A stretch of 64,000 nucleotides of DNA, taken from the NCBI GenBank assembly GCA_963850305.1, contig CAWKKR010000008.1, positions 960,001 through 1,024,000 of the forward strand. The letters run 5' to 3'. This document shows, piece by piece, positions 13,305 to 23,328 of the stretch (positions within the stretch are counted from its first letter, which is position 1; the number at the start of each line of letters is the position of its first letter). Source of the DNA: an uncultured delta proteobacterium. GTDB taxonomy: Bacteria > Myxococcota_A > Polyangia > Polyangiales > Polyangiaceae. The notes under the pieces were generated by a model. That model had not been told where the DNA came from. It saw nothing but the letters and a program-made list of their open reading frames with translations, and did not search any database. The position numbers and the translations under genes were made by a program.

Positions 13305-13327
13305 CCCCTGCGCGTTCGAGAGCAGGG

Positions 13328-13355
13328 TCGACAGCAATGTTATAATGGTTATAAT
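13328..13355 (+). promoter_or_regulatory. Sigma70-type promoter with tandem GTTATAAT repeats (probable operator)
   Basis: TCGACA-16 nt-TATAAT ending 6 nt before ATG 13362; second TGnTATAAT at 13338-13346. Confidence 0.65.
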
Positions 13356-13361
13356 ATCCCG

Positions 13362-13802
13362 ATGCGTCTGGTCATTCGCTCGGTCGGCAACTCCCTCGGA
13401 GTCATCATTCCGAAGTCCGCGCTCGAGTCGTGGGGTGTCGGCAAGGGGGACACGCTCGAGCTGACGGAGCGCGGGATCCGTCCGACGAGGACCCGACGGG
13501 GCGGACACGACACGCTCGACGAGCTCAAGCGTCGCCTCGCCGCCGCCGTGACGGCGAGCCACTCGCCCAGGGAGATCCGCGCGCACGGGCTCGCGAACCT
13601 CCATCGCTGGAAGCGCGCGGGGACGTGGATCTCGGCCTACGACGAGTGGCAGCGCATCCTGGAAAGCGGGGACGACGGCGAGCTGTTCGCCGCCATGCTC
13701 GGACGAGACGAACGGGGAAACCGGCTGCGCCAGTCCCCTCCGTACGTGGGTCTGCTCCCGCGCGAGGAGGTCGAGCGGCTCAATGAAGAAGCATCACCTT
13801 GA
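13362..13802 (+). CDS. AbrB/MazE/SpoVT DNA-binding domain protein with C-terminal extension (putative antitoxin)
   Basis: IRSVGNSLGVIIPKSALESWGVGKGDTLEL; C-terminal LRQSPPYVGLL. Confidence 0.8.
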   Translation: MRLVIRSVGNSLGVIIPKSALESWGVGKGDTLELTERGIRPTRTRRGGHDTLDELKRRLAAAVTASHSPREIRAHGLANLHRWKRAGTWISAYDEWQRILESGDDGELFAAMLGRDERGNRLRQSPPYVGLLPREEVERLNEEASP

Positions 13803-14307
13803 TCACGTGCTGAGGGCAGCGGGCCGCATCACGGGCGAGAAGCGGTTCGTGATCATCGGCAGCCAGAGTCTCCACGGGAAGTATCCCGATCTGCCCGACG
13901 ATCTCGTGCGCTCCGCCGAAGTCGACCTCGTCGCGAAGGGGCACGCTTCGCGAACGGAGTGGCTGAACGCAATCGGTCAGGACTCGCCGTTTCATCAGGA
14001 ATTCGGCTACTACGCGGACCCGGTCGAAGAGGGGACCGCGACGCTCCCTGCCGGCTGGAAAGGGCGGCTCGTGAATCTCCCTCCCGGCGATACCGAGGGC
14101 GTGGTGGGTCTCTGCCTCGATCCGCACGACCTGGTCATCGCCAAGTACGTCGCCCGGCGAGACAAAGACCTCGCCTTCAACCGCGAGCTCGCTCGGCGCA
14201 AACTGGTGAGTCGGAAGCGTCTCCTGGAACTGCTCCCGAAGACGCCCGTCGAGCAAGCCATCCGCGACCGGATCCTGCGCGACATCGCAAACGACTTCGC
14301 GAGATGA
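13783..14307 (+). CDS. DUF6036-like nucleotidyltransferase
   Basis: FVIIGSQS, SAEVDL, GYYADPV, LPAGWKGRL, DPHDLVIAKY..R.KD; overlaps upstream gene. Confidence 0.8.
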   Translation: MKKHHLDHVLRAAGRITGEKRFVIIGSQSLHGKYPDLPDDLVRSAEVDLVAKGHASRTEWLNAIGQDSPFHQEFGYYADPVEEGTATLPAGWKGRLVNLPPGDTEGVVGLCLDPHDLVIAKYVARRDKDLAFNRELARRKLVSRKRLLELLPKTPVEQAIRDRILRDIANDFAR

Positions 14308-14377
14308 CCAGTCTTTCGGTCGGTGACGCTCCCATGTTGCAAATGCACGACGTGACGCACCAGTCAGATACCGAGGA

Positions 14378-14570
14378 CCATTCCGCAATCGCGGTGCTCG
14401 GGGCCGTCACCGACCAGCCGTCCTCGTGGGCGACGCTCAGCAGCCGGTGAGCTTCACGCCGAGCTCGGAGAGGAGCTTTCCCAGTGCAGCGTGACGCCGC
14501 TGGCGATGGATTGCTTCACTGACGAGAGCGGAGAGACTCGGTCGACGTGCGCGTGCTTCCCCGACCGTGT
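14378..14570 (-). pseudogene. Collapsed remnant of an RHH antitoxin + PIN toxin pair
   Basis: SLSALVSEAIHRQRRHAALGKLLSEL then LLSVAHEDGWSVTAPSTAIAEW, resembling the pair at 42003-42631. Confidence 0.55.
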
Positions 14571-15613
14571 CACGCCCGCGCCCTAGCCCCCACGATGTCC
14601 TCGCTCCGATAGCTGTCCGGTGGCTTGCCCGTCCACCGTTTGAAGGCGCGGTTGAAGGCGCTTTTTTCCGAGTATCCGAGGCGGAAGGCGATTTCGGTGA
14701 CGCCGATGCCTCGTTGTTCGAGATAGCGATGGGCGAGGTGAAGGCGCACTTGTTCCAAGAGCTCCCGATACGTGGTTCCGTCGGCGCTGAGGGCGCGGCT
14801 GAGTGCTTTCGGGTGCATGCCGAGGCGCGAGGCAACATGAATGATGCTCGAATGGCCTTCGCTGATCTCCCGGGAGATGGCATTCACGACGTCGCGTCGA
14901 AAGGCCATGGGCTCGCTGAGCTCCGACAGCAGCGATTCGGCTTCGCGTTGGAGCGCGGCGCACAGAGCCGGATCGTGATCGACGACCGCCAAGAGTAGGT
15001 ACTCGGTGGTGAACGTGACCGAGTTCTCCGTGGCTCCAAAGTGCACCGGGCACCCGAAGAACCCCTCGACGTTCTGCGACTCCGCTTGCCGATCGTGCGT
15101 GAAGCGGACTTCGATCGGCGGGCCATGCGGCCCGGCCAGCTGTCGTGCGAGCGTCACGATCGAACCGATCAAGAATTCCGCGCCCTCGCGGTGCAGCTGC
15201 CCATCGTGGGGCGTCTCGAGAAGGATGACCGCCTGACGGCCATCGAGCCGCACCGCAAAGCGCTGCCTCTCCGATAGAAGGCGAAACAGTCGAACTCCCC
15301 GAGCGAGCGCGTCTCCGAGGGTCGCGCTCGCGGCGAGCACTTTGCCGAAAGTCGAGAATTGGTCGACCCTTACACTTTCTGCCATGCGGAGTCCGAGGCC
15401 GCGCCGACCGGTGAGCTCGCTCACGGCTTCCCACAGGTCGTGCATGACGGTCGGCCTCAGCCGTTCCGGCAGCTCGCCGAGCTCGGAGACTTTCAGACCG
15501 AGCTTGGCCAACGGTCCTTGAATATCGACGTCGAGCATCCGGAGCGAAGCTACGGTCCCGAGGAACAGGGCCCGAGAAACGGCGGGTTCCTCGGGACGGG
15601 CCGTAGAGAGCAT
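14570..15613 (-). CDS. AraC family transcriptional regulator
   Basis: C-terminal IAFRLGYSEKSAFNRAFKRWTG; N-terminal ligand domain with FFGCPVHFG. Confidence 0.92.
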   Translation of the reverse strand: MLSTARPEEPAVSRALFLGTVASLRMLDVDIQGPLAKLGLKVSELGELPERLRPTVMHDLWEAVSELTGRRGLGLRMAESVRVDQFSTFGKVLAASATLGDALARGVRLFRLLSERQRFAVRLDGRQAVILLETPHDGQLHREGAEFLIGSIVTLARQLAGPHGPPIEVRFTHDRQAESQNVEGFFGCPVHFGATENSVTFTTEYLLLAVVDHDPALCAALQREAESLLSELSEPMAFRRDVVNAISREISEGHSSIIHVASRLGMHPKALSRALSADGTTYRELLEQVRLHLAHRYLEQRGIGVTEIAFRLGYSEKSAFNRAFKRWTGKPPDSYRSEDIVGARARA

Positions 15614-15896
15614 TGGTGGATTATACGCCGCTCATTCGAATCGCCTGTCGCGACCTGTCGCCGTTTGTCGGGCTCGGTGTCCCGGCCGGTCACTCCCTGG
15701 GCGCGAGCGGCTTGCTATGCGTGACGGGTCATGGAAGCCACGGAAACAACACGTGTTCCTCTCGAACGGAGACGGCGTCCATGCTTCCGTGGCTTCGCCT
15801 CGACGCTGCTCACGGTCCTCGTCCTCCACGCCGCATCGGCCGAGGCGCAAGGGCGCGGCGGCGAAAACGCAACTGAGCTTTTGGAGTCCATCAACC

Positions 15897-17309
15897 ATGT
15901 CGATCATCAACAATCTGGTTACGAGCTGCTCGTGCATCGTGCTTGCGGCGGCGTGTTCGAGTAGTTCGACCCCCGGCAAGGCCAGCCAAAACGGCGTCGT
16001 CGCCGACGCGGGCGGCGATGGCGGCAGCACCGCCGAGAATTGCGACAAGACGAAGCGGCCCATCTTGTTCGTCCACGGCATCATGGGCGGCGGGGACAAC
16101 TTCGAGCTCCAGGCGCAGCGTTTCATGTCGAACGGATACTGCAGCTCGGCGATCCGGGCATTCGACTACGACGCGACGTCCCTGGCGTTCAGCAGCCCGA
16201 CACAGGCCGAGCTGGACGCAACCCAAACTGCGCTCGACGCGACCGTCGACGCATTTCGCGAAGACACGGGCTTCGACACGATCGATCTCGTCGGGCACTC
16301 GTTCGGTACCTCGACGTCGGCGACTTACTTGTCTGTGCCGACCCAGGCGGCGAAGATCGCTCACTACGCGCAGGCAGCCGGAGCCGGCCTCGCCGAGCCG
16401 GTGCCAGAAGTGAACCTCTCATCGGACGGGGATTTCGTCGCCGGCAACCCCAAGAAAATTGCGCCAGCCCCCGCGCAAAACCCGGACATCGGTTACGTCG
16501 ATCACGTCGGCGTGCTCACTTGCCAGGCGTCGTTCAACGCGATGTACACGTTCTTCAACGGCGCGCCTCCGAGCTCGCCGGACGTCGTGCCCGAACAGCA
16601 CATCACCGTATCCGGCTTTTACAAGAATTTCTCGGACAACACGCCGCACTCGGGGATCACGATCGGGATCTACGAGGTGGACTCGACGACGGGCGAGCGG
16701 CTTCACACTTCGCCCGACTTCCAGTTCGTGACGGGCAGCGACGGCGGGTGGGGACCGTTCGTCGCGAAACCGAACGCTCGCTACGAATTCTTTCAGCCCG
16801 AGGCGGGAGAACCGCCCGCCGCGGGTCAACCCGGACGCCCCCAGCACACCTACCGCGGGCCGTTCGTTCGCTCGACGCATCTCATGTACCTGAAGGCACT
16901 GCCGAAGGCGGGGAGCTTCGCGGGCAGCCTGATCATCGGAAACATCCAGTACTCGGACACTCGAACGGGTCTGATCCTCCAGAACACCCATCGTGCGATG
17001 ATCAGCCGCGCCGATCCCGCGAGCACGCATGGCACCGACAGCCTCACGGTGAACGGTTCGGAGCTGCTGACTGCTCAAGTCGCGCCGGAAAAGCTGCAGC
17101 TCATCGCCCTCTTCGCGTTCGACAACAATCAAACGCCGCTCACGCCCATCACGAGCATCAGCTCGCCGTTCTTCTTGAGCGCCGTGGACGTCTCGTTGCC
17201 GACGTCCGACCCCTCGCCCGTCGAAGTGGTCTACGACCAGGTCACGATCCACACTCATCGATGGAAGAGCGACACCGAAGGCTCGACCTTGATAGTCCTG
17301 GACAATTGA
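15897..17309 (+). CDS. Secreted lipase / alpha-beta hydrolase lipoprotein
   Basis: LAAAC lipobox, PILFVHG, nucleophile elbow GHSFG. Confidence 0.85.
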   Translation: MSIINNLVTSCSCIVLAAACSSSSTPGKASQNGVVADAGGDGGSTAENCDKTKRPILFVHGIMGGGDNFELQAQRFMSNGYCSSAIRAFDYDATSLAFSSPTQAELDATQTALDATVDAFREDTGFDTIDLVGHSFGTSTSATYLSVPTQAAKIAHYAQAAGAGLAEPVPEVNLSSDGDFVAGNPKKIAPAPAQNPDIGYVDHVGVLTCQASFNAMYTFFNGAPPSSPDVVPEQHITVSGFYKNFSDNTPHSGITIGIYEVDSTTGERLHTSPDFQFVTGSDGGWGPFVAKPNARYEFFQPEAGEPPAAGQPGRPQHTYRGPFVRSTHLMYLKALPKAGSFAGSLIIGNIQYSDTRTGLILQNTHRAMISRADPASTHGTDSLTVNGSELLTAQVAPEKLQLIALFAFDNNQTPLTPITSISSPFFLSAVDVSLPTSDPSPVEVVYDQVTIHTHRWKSDTEGSTLIVLDN

Positions 17310-17399
17310 AGGGGCGAGATTTCAAGTCGGATCGCGGTGGTCGAAGAAGCTGCTCGCCTTGCTGTCGAGCGCGACAATCGCCTGCATGTCTTCGCGGAA

Positions 17400-17530
17400 C
17401 GCCAATCGTCGGTCCCACCGTTCGCGTCAGCAGCGGGAGGAGCAGAAGCGCTCCGCCAAAACCAACCGAGCCCGACACCGCGGCGGCGAGCACAGCTCCG
17501 ACGAACAACAGCAGCGTCGAGATGGGAGTC
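17400..17530 (-). pseudogene. TauE/SafE sulfite exporter N-terminal fragment
   Basis: VGAVLAAAVSGSVGFGGALLLLPLL followed by loss of coding character. Confidence 0.6.
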
Positions 17531-17609
17531 ACGTCACCGGGGACCAAACTGAATTACCAGGCTGCCGGGGCTCCCGCGTGCCGCGGGCTGCGCGGATGCC
17601 GGTTGCGCT

Positions 17610-18533
17610 CTACTTCGCCGGAGAGTTCCTCCGCGTTTCGAGCTCCCCGCGCAGTTCCTTGACCTCGGCCTTTAGACTCTCGATCTCTCGGTGCTGCTCC
17701 TGCAACGCGGCGACCGCCATGCTCGTGTATCCGTACAGATCGACCTGGTCGTGCTGCGAGTCTACGCTGGGGCTTGGTTCGACGTCTTCGATGATGAAGC
17801 CGAGATGCTGCCGCTCGGGGCCGTCCTTGTACCGATATCGGACGAGCGGAATCGATTGAACGTCGTCGGCGAGCTTCGCACGCTCGGCGGCAGACAGGTA
17901 CTCGATGTCGGTTTTGTACTTCGCTCGAGAGATCGGGCACTCGCCGCCGTGAGTCGGGTCGGTCGTCGCGCACTTTAGCGGGCCGCTGCACGCCGCTCCC
18001 GTGTCGCATTCGGCGTCTGCCGTGGAGCACTCCGTGCCCGCCGATTCTGCTGTCGTACATGCCGGCGTTCCGGACGACGTCCCGCCTGCGCCAGGAGTCG
18101 GTGCGCGGCACACGGGTGGGCCACACGTCGGATACCACTTCAGGGTTCCGGAGGCGCCGCCACTACCGCTGGCGCCGCCGCTGCCGGAAGAGCCTGCAGT
18201 CGTGCACACTCCGTTCACGCAGATGGTCGCCGCACACATGTAGCAACCGCGCTGCGGGCACTCCGCGCTTGTCGTGCATTCGGTGGCCGACGATCCGCCC
18301 GTGCTTCCAACGGTTCCGCCAGTCCCGGACATACCGCTCGTGCCACCAAGGCCCTCGGCGCCGCCAGCACTCGCGGAGCCTCCTGAGCTCGAGCTTCCTC
18401 CGGTACCAGATGTCGCGCCGGTGCCCGACCCTCCCGTCCCGTGCAGGCCCGAAACATCCTGTCCCGAGCCGGTGTCGCCTCCGCATCCCGTCGTCGCTGT
18501 GAGAACCAAGCCAACAAAAACGAGCTGTCGCAT
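17610..18533 (-). CDS. Gly/Cys-rich lipoprotein with C-terminal Peptidase S74 (intramolecular chaperone) domain
   Basis: TTGC lipobox; SRAKYKTDIE..YRYK..HLGFIIEDV..VDLYGY..AALQE followed by coiled coil. Confidence 0.8.
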   Translation of the reverse strand: MRQLVFVGLVLTATTGCGGDTGSGQDVSGLHGTGGSGTGATSGTGGSSSSGGSASAGGAEGLGGTSGMSGTGGTVGSTGGSSATECTTSAECPQRGCYMCAATICVNGVCTTAGSSGSGGASGSGGASGTLKWYPTCGPPVCRAPTPGAGGTSSGTPACTTAESAGTECSTADAECDTGAACSGPLKCATTDPTHGGECPISRAKYKTDIEYLSAAERAKLADDVQSIPLVRYRYKDGPERQHLGFIIEDVEPSPSVDSQHDQVDLYGYTSMAVAALQEQHREIESLKAEVKELRGELETRRNSPAK

Positions 18534-18945
18534 CGCGCTCTCCTTTCAAGACAAGACGCTCGCGAGCGCACGCGGCGACGCAAGCGGACCCTAACGAGGC
18601 GATCGAAGTGTAACAGAAGTCCAACGTGCCCTCGACGAGCGAGGTCGAAACCGCTGGAACCACGTGATGATGTTGAAGGAGTCACGCGGGGCCGCGCGCA
18701 CGGAGTATCGTTGGTCCGTCGCTGTCTGCCGTGACGCGGTGCTCCGAGAAAAACCCAGGAATGCGCTCCCTCGCGCTCCTACTGCGCGGCGACCAACCGC
18801 GAACTGCGTGCGATGACCGCAATTCGGTGATGTCTGCCGGATCTCACCCAGGCCAAGTCGTTAAGCTGGTCTCGTTGGCACGAGTGGTGCTTCAGTACGG
18901 TCGGCGACGGACTGCGAATCGCCGTCACTCGAAGAGGGTCTCATC

Positions 18946-20133
18946 ATGATCTTGCGGAAACCAATCGCGGTCGCTGCCGCTGCCATCCTCGGCGCGGCCT
19001 TCTCCGGATGCGGCGGGACGACGTTCACGAACGAGTCGTCATCGCGTGATGCGGGTGCGAACGGCGGCTCGGCGGGCAAGTCCACGGGTGGAGGCTCGTC
19101 CACAGGCGGCGGAAGCACGTCGGGCGGCGCCAGCGGGTCTGGCGGTTCATCGAGCAGCGGCGGTTCACCGAGCAGCGGCGGTTCACCGAGTACGGGCGGT
19201 TCACCGAGCAGCGGCGGTTCATCGAGCAGCGGCGGTTCACCGAGTACGGGCGGCTCGCCCGGCTCGGGTGGAACTTCCGGTAGCGGTGGAGTGAGCAGCG
19301 GCGGAGCTCCGTCATCTGGGGGCTCGCCGGGATCGGGCGGCTCGCCGGGAACATGCAATGCAACGACGTGCAGCGCGTTCTCGGGGCGAACCTGCTGCGG
19401 TGACACATGCGTGAACACGGCGAACGATCCGCACCACTGCGGCTCCTGCGGCAACGCCTGCCAAGGCGACAAGCCTTTCTGCGCCGGAGGGCAATGCGGC
19501 CAGACTCCTTGCACTCCGCCGCCCGGGGCCGGGGCGTGCGCGCCGTCATCGCTATGCTGCGGGACGAGCTGTTGCGCACCCGGGCAGATCTGCTGTTCCG
19601 TGTCCGACAACTTCACGACCATCGGCTGTTATGATCCGGCGCAATCTGCCGGAACGTGTCCCGTCGGTTGCCCGGCGTGCGTTTGCGCTTCTCCGGACAC
19701 GCCCATCGCGACCCCGGACGGCGAGCGAGCCATCGCGTCCCTCCAGGTCGGCGATCGGGTGCTCAGCGTCGATCACGGACGTGTGGTCGACGTGCCGATT
19801 GTCGAGATCCACCGTAACCCCGCGCGGAATCACCACGTCGTGCGCGTCGAGCTGACGAACGGCTCCGTGCTCGAGATCAGCGCGCCGCATCCGACGGCCG
19901 ACGGTCGCACCTTCGGGGACCTTCGAGACAACGACACTCTCGGTGGGGTCCGCATCGAGCGCGTGACGGTCGTGCCTTACGGACCCGCCTTCACGTACGA
20001 CATCCTCCCCGCGTCGGATTCCGGCACGTACTATGCGGGAGGCGTCTTGATCGGCAGCACGCTCGGCGGCGCGGCGCTCTCCTCGGGCGAAGGGGACTAT
20101 TCGGCGATGAGCCTGTCGGGTAACGCGCGATGA
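18946..20133 (+). CDS. Gly/Ser- and Cys-rich lipoprotein with C-terminal Hint domain
   Basis: FSGC lipobox; CASPDTPIATPDGERAIASLQVGDRV, SAPHP, TYDIL..TYYAGGVL. Confidence 0.85.
   Translation: MILRKPIAVAAAAILGAAFSGCGGTTFTNESSSRDAGANGGSAGKSTGGGSSTGGGSTSGGASGSGGSSSSGGSPSSGGSPSTGGSPSSGGSSSSGGSPSTGGSPGSGGTSGSGGVSSGGAPSSGGSPGSGGSPGTCNATTCSAFSGRTCCGDTCVNTANDPHHCGSCGNACQGDKPFCAGGQCGQTPCTPPPGAGACAPSSLCCGTSCCAPGQICCSVSDNFTTIGCYDPAQSAGTCPVGCPACVCASPDTPIATPDGERAIASLQVGDRVLSVDHGRVVDVPIVEIHRNPARNHHVVRVELTNGSVLEISAPHPTADGRTFGDLRDNDTLGGVRIERVTVVPYGPAFTYDILPASDSGTYYAGGVLIGSTLGGAALSSGEGDYSAMSLSGNAR
19141..19350 (+). repeat. 18-bp tandem repeats encoding a GGSPSS linker
   Basis: Units such as ggcggttcaccgagcagc. 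Confidence 0.8.
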
Positions 20134-20174
20134 CTGCGGGTCGCCGGACCCGCAGCCTGAATGCTTAGGCTGCC

Positions 20175-20560
20175 CGAGTTACGTCTGCGTCAACGGCTCG
20201 TGCACTGCATCGCCCGGTGGCGGCACGGGAGGCGCACTCGGTTCCGGCGGCTCGGTAGGCGCGGGCGGCTCCACGGGAACAGGCGGTGCGCCCACGAACG
20301 CGTGTGTGCAGGCAGGCGGAATCTGCGAGTGCGGCTGCAACGCGGACACGACACCCGCGTCCTCCGGGTTCGCGTTCTCATCGTGCCCCCAACCCTGCCC
20401 CACGTGCGGGGCCTGCAGCCCGATGTGTTGCCTGCCAACCGCCAGTTCGTTCGCATGCGGGACTGCGACGTGCACGGCAAATCGAATCTGCGGCCGAGCT
20501 CTTGCATCGCGCGCCGCAGCTCGGCCTCGTCCAGCGGACCGGCAACCCTCAGGTACTTAA
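20175..20560 (+). pseudogene. Fragment of a Gly/Cys-rich protein gene
   Basis: YVCVNGSCTASPGGGTGG...CECGC...CCLP without start or signal peptide, next to the IS481 end. Confidence 0.55.
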
Positions 20561-20605
20561 AGCCCTAATTAGGACACTACCCACCGACGCTCCCGCCGGC
20601 ATCGG

Positions 20606-22156
20606 TGCAAACCGGGTGCTCTGGTGACACTTTAGACCGGGTCCCTGGGTGACACTTTTTGGGTGACGGGTCTGCCTGACGGCGGGCTGACGGCTAATTG
20701 CCGCCATGCCGTGGAAGGAAGCCCGGATCGTGGACGAGCGAGTTCGATTCATCGCGGCTGTCGCGGAGGACCCGAGGGGAAACTTCACCCGCCTGTGCGC
20801 CAGCTTCGGCATCAGCCGGGCGAAGGGCTACAAATGGCTGGAGCGGTACGAGCGGCTAGGCCCGGCGGGGCTCGAGGACCAAAGGTCGGTCGCGAAGAGC
20901 TGCCCGCACCGCACGCCGGATGACGTGGTCGACCGGATCATCACGCTGCGGAAGCGGTTTCCATTCGACGGTCCCAAGAAGCTGCGCGTCCGGCTCCGAG
21001 ACATCGATGGTGCTGACTTCGCTCTCCCCGCAGCGAGCACGATCGGTGAGATTCTGGATCGCTACGGGCTCGTGCGTCCGCGCCGCTCGCGGCTTCGTGT
21101 TCCGCCGAGCACGGAGCCCTTGGCCCACGCCGAGCTGCCCAACGACGTCTGGTGCACGGACTTCAAGGGGCACTTCGCTTGCGGCGATGGCACCCGCTGC
21201 CACCCGTTGACCATCACCGACGCGATGAGCCGGTACCTCGTCAAATGCGAGGGGCTACCCGGTGAGAAAGAAGGACCGGTGCGTGAGCAGTTCGAGCTCG
21301 CGTTCCGCGAGTTCGGAGTGCCCCGTCGCATTCGCTCGGACAACGGGTCGCCGTTCGCCAGCAAGGCTTTAGGCGGACTTTCCCGCCTCAGCATGTGGTG
21401 GATTCAGCTCGGCATCGTGCCCGAGCGCATCGAGCCAGGGCAACCGCAACAGAATGGTCGTCACGAGCGCATGCACAAGACGCTCAAGGAGCAGACCGCC
21501 AATCCACCGGCTGCAACGCCGATTGATCAGCAACGCGCCTTCGATCGCTTTCGCGCCGACTACAACGACCATCGTCCGCACGAAGCGCTCGGCCTCACGC
21601 CGCCTGCGCGACACTACGAGCCGTCGCTGCGTCCCATGCCGGAGCGTTTGCGAGCTCCCGCTTACGGCGACGATTTCGACGTGCGGCGAGTTAACACAAG
21701 CGGGGTTCTGAAGTTCAAGGGCAAGCAGCTGACCGTCAGCACACTCTTCACCGATCAGCCGCTCGGTCTTCAGCGGGTCGACGAGGAAGAGTGGGACCTT
21801 CACTACGGCCCGGTGCTCCTCGGTCATGTTCTCCTGCGCAACGGCGAGCTGCGACTCGAGCGGCCGTAGCCCAGAGCTCAGCCGCCCCCCTCCATCTACC
21901 GCGTCCGTCTCTCGCTCCCGGACTGCGCTTCCGTCGCCTCCGGCTCCGTCAGCCCGAACCCGGATTGCGCCCGGATAGCGTCTTCGCTCGCTGAGGCTTT
22001 GTCTCTTCGCGATCGGTCCGTGTCGTTGCGCTTCCCGGTCTGTGTCTTAGAGGCACCCGGTTTACGTCCCCACAGCACCGAATCTGTGATTGAACAGAGC
22101 CGGACCTGTAACCAAGGGTCCCGGTCTATTCCGTCACCCAGGCACCCGGTCGCTCA
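20606..22156 (+). mobile_element. IS481-family insertion sequence
   Basis: TG...CA ends with imperfect ~50-bp inverted repeats (tgcaaaccgggtgctctggtgacac... / ...gtcacccaggcacccggtcgctca); no perfect target duplication (catcgg vs catcac). Confidence 0.85.
20706..21869 (+). CDS. IS481-family DDE transposase
   Basis: MPWKE, WCTDFKG, IRSDNGSPF, PQQNGRHERMHKTLK, YNDHRPHEAL. Confidence 0.95.
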   Translation: MPWKEARIVDERVRFIAAVAEDPRGNFTRLCASFGISRAKGYKWLERYERLGPAGLEDQRSVAKSCPHRTPDDVVDRIITLRKRFPFDGPKKLRVRLRDIDGADFALPAASTIGEILDRYGLVRPRRSRLRVPPSTEPLAHAELPNDVWCTDFKGHFACGDGTRCHPLTITDAMSRYLVKCEGLPGEKEGPVREQFELAFREFGVPRRIRSDNGSPFASKALGGLSRLSMWWIQLGIVPERIEPGQPQQNGRHERMHKTLKEQTANPPAATPIDQQRAFDRFRADYNDHRPHEALGLTPPARHYEPSLRPMPERLRAPAYGDDFDVRRVNTSGVLKFKGKQLTVSTLFTDQPLGLQRVDEEEWDLHYGPVLLGHVLLRNGELRLERP

Positions 22157-22486
22157 CATCACGCGTCCTCCCGTCGGGATCACCGACACTCCCGCCGGGA
22201 TCACGCGTCCTCCCGCCGGGATCATGCACCCTCCCAGCCGGGATCACGCGTCCTCCCGCAGGGATCATGCACCCTCCCGGCCGGGATCATGCACCCTCCC
22301 GTCGGGATCACGCGTGATCCCGTCGGGATCACCGACACTCCCGCCGGGATCACGCGTGATCCCGTCGGGATCATGCACCCTCCCAGCCGGGATCACGCGT
22401 CCTCCCGCAGGGTCAAGCGACAAACCCGACGGGAGTGCCGACAAACCCGACGGGAGTGCCGACAAACCCGACGGGAGTGCCGACAA
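22157..22486. repeat. Degenerate ~21-bp tandem repeat tract
   Basis: About 12 GGGATCA-anchored units of three types, then 3x gacaaacccgacgggagtgcc. Confidence 0.85.
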
Positions 22487-22761
22487 TGTCGAGTCGACCG
22501 ACGCCCGGGACGCCGCACCAGTCGATGCTCCCACGCGACAACGGCTCCGATCCCGGCGGGATCGTCGGTCACCGTCGCGGACTCGTCGTCGATGTCGCGT
22601 GGCCTGGCAGGGATCGTGCCGGTTGAAGCCGCGATGGCGACGAGATCGCGCGGTTTCAGGGCCCTGCGCCCTGGTGCACACGGTGGGCGTCGCCCGAAAC
22701 CGCAGCTGTCGTTGCCGCCGTCGGCTCCGGCACTGCCCAGCGCGTCAGTTCGCCCGATTCT

Positions 22762-23328
22762 CTACCTGCTCTCCCCCCACAGCCTGAGCAGATCGAGCTC
22801 GATCGCCTCGAACGGCTCGGCGCGAACGAGAGCGTCGTCACCGTGAACGGCGAGAACGACCCAGCGACCAGCTTCGAGCCGGAAGACCTCGAGCGTGCGC
22901 GCGACAGCATCGACTAGCCAGGCATTCCGTACCTGCCATGCCGCATAGATCGGAAGCTTTCGCACGCGATCGGTTCGCGCGGTCGACGGAGACAGGATCT
23001 CGCAAACCCAGTCGGGCTCGATGTCGATGAACGTACCGCGCGGGGCGTCTGGCATCCGGTTCCGTCGAAAACCGGCAAGATCTGGGACGAGCACCTCTGC
23101 ACCGAGATGAACCTCCGGCTCGATCAGGATCCACCATCCGCCGGGCCCGCCATCTCCGAATTGAAACGGCGGCACGAGAATTCCCCCCGCGCCCGACATC
23201 GCGATGCTGTGCGATCCGGAGGGACGAGGGGACGTGACGAGATCGCCGTTCAGGATCTCCGCGATGACGTCGTCCGGCGCGGCCAGGACGTCTTCGTAGG
23301 TCGCCTTCCGTCGAGCCGCATCGACCAT
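22762..23328 (-). CDS. Uma2 family (DUF820) endonuclease-fold protein
   Basis: ATYEDVL, AEILNG, VPDLAG, PDWVCEILSPST..DR..KL.IYA. Confidence 0.9.
   Translation of the reverse strand: MVDAARRKATYEDVLAAPDDVIAEILNGDLVTSPRPSGSHSIAMSGAGGILVPPFQFGDGGPGGWWILIEPEVHLGAEVLVPDLAGFRRNRMPDAPRGTFIDIEPDWVCEILSPSTARTDRVRKLPIYAAWQVRNAWLVDAVARTLEVFRLEAGRWVVLAVHGDDALVRAEPFEAIELDLLRLWGESR

Noticed and set aside
17610..18533. Prophage tail gene
   Set aside because: S74 domain sits on a lipoprotein; no capsid, terminase or tail genes nearby.
19684..20060. Canonical splicing intein
   Set aside because: No terminal His-Asn followed by a nucleophile and no substantial C-extein; treated as a Hint domain.
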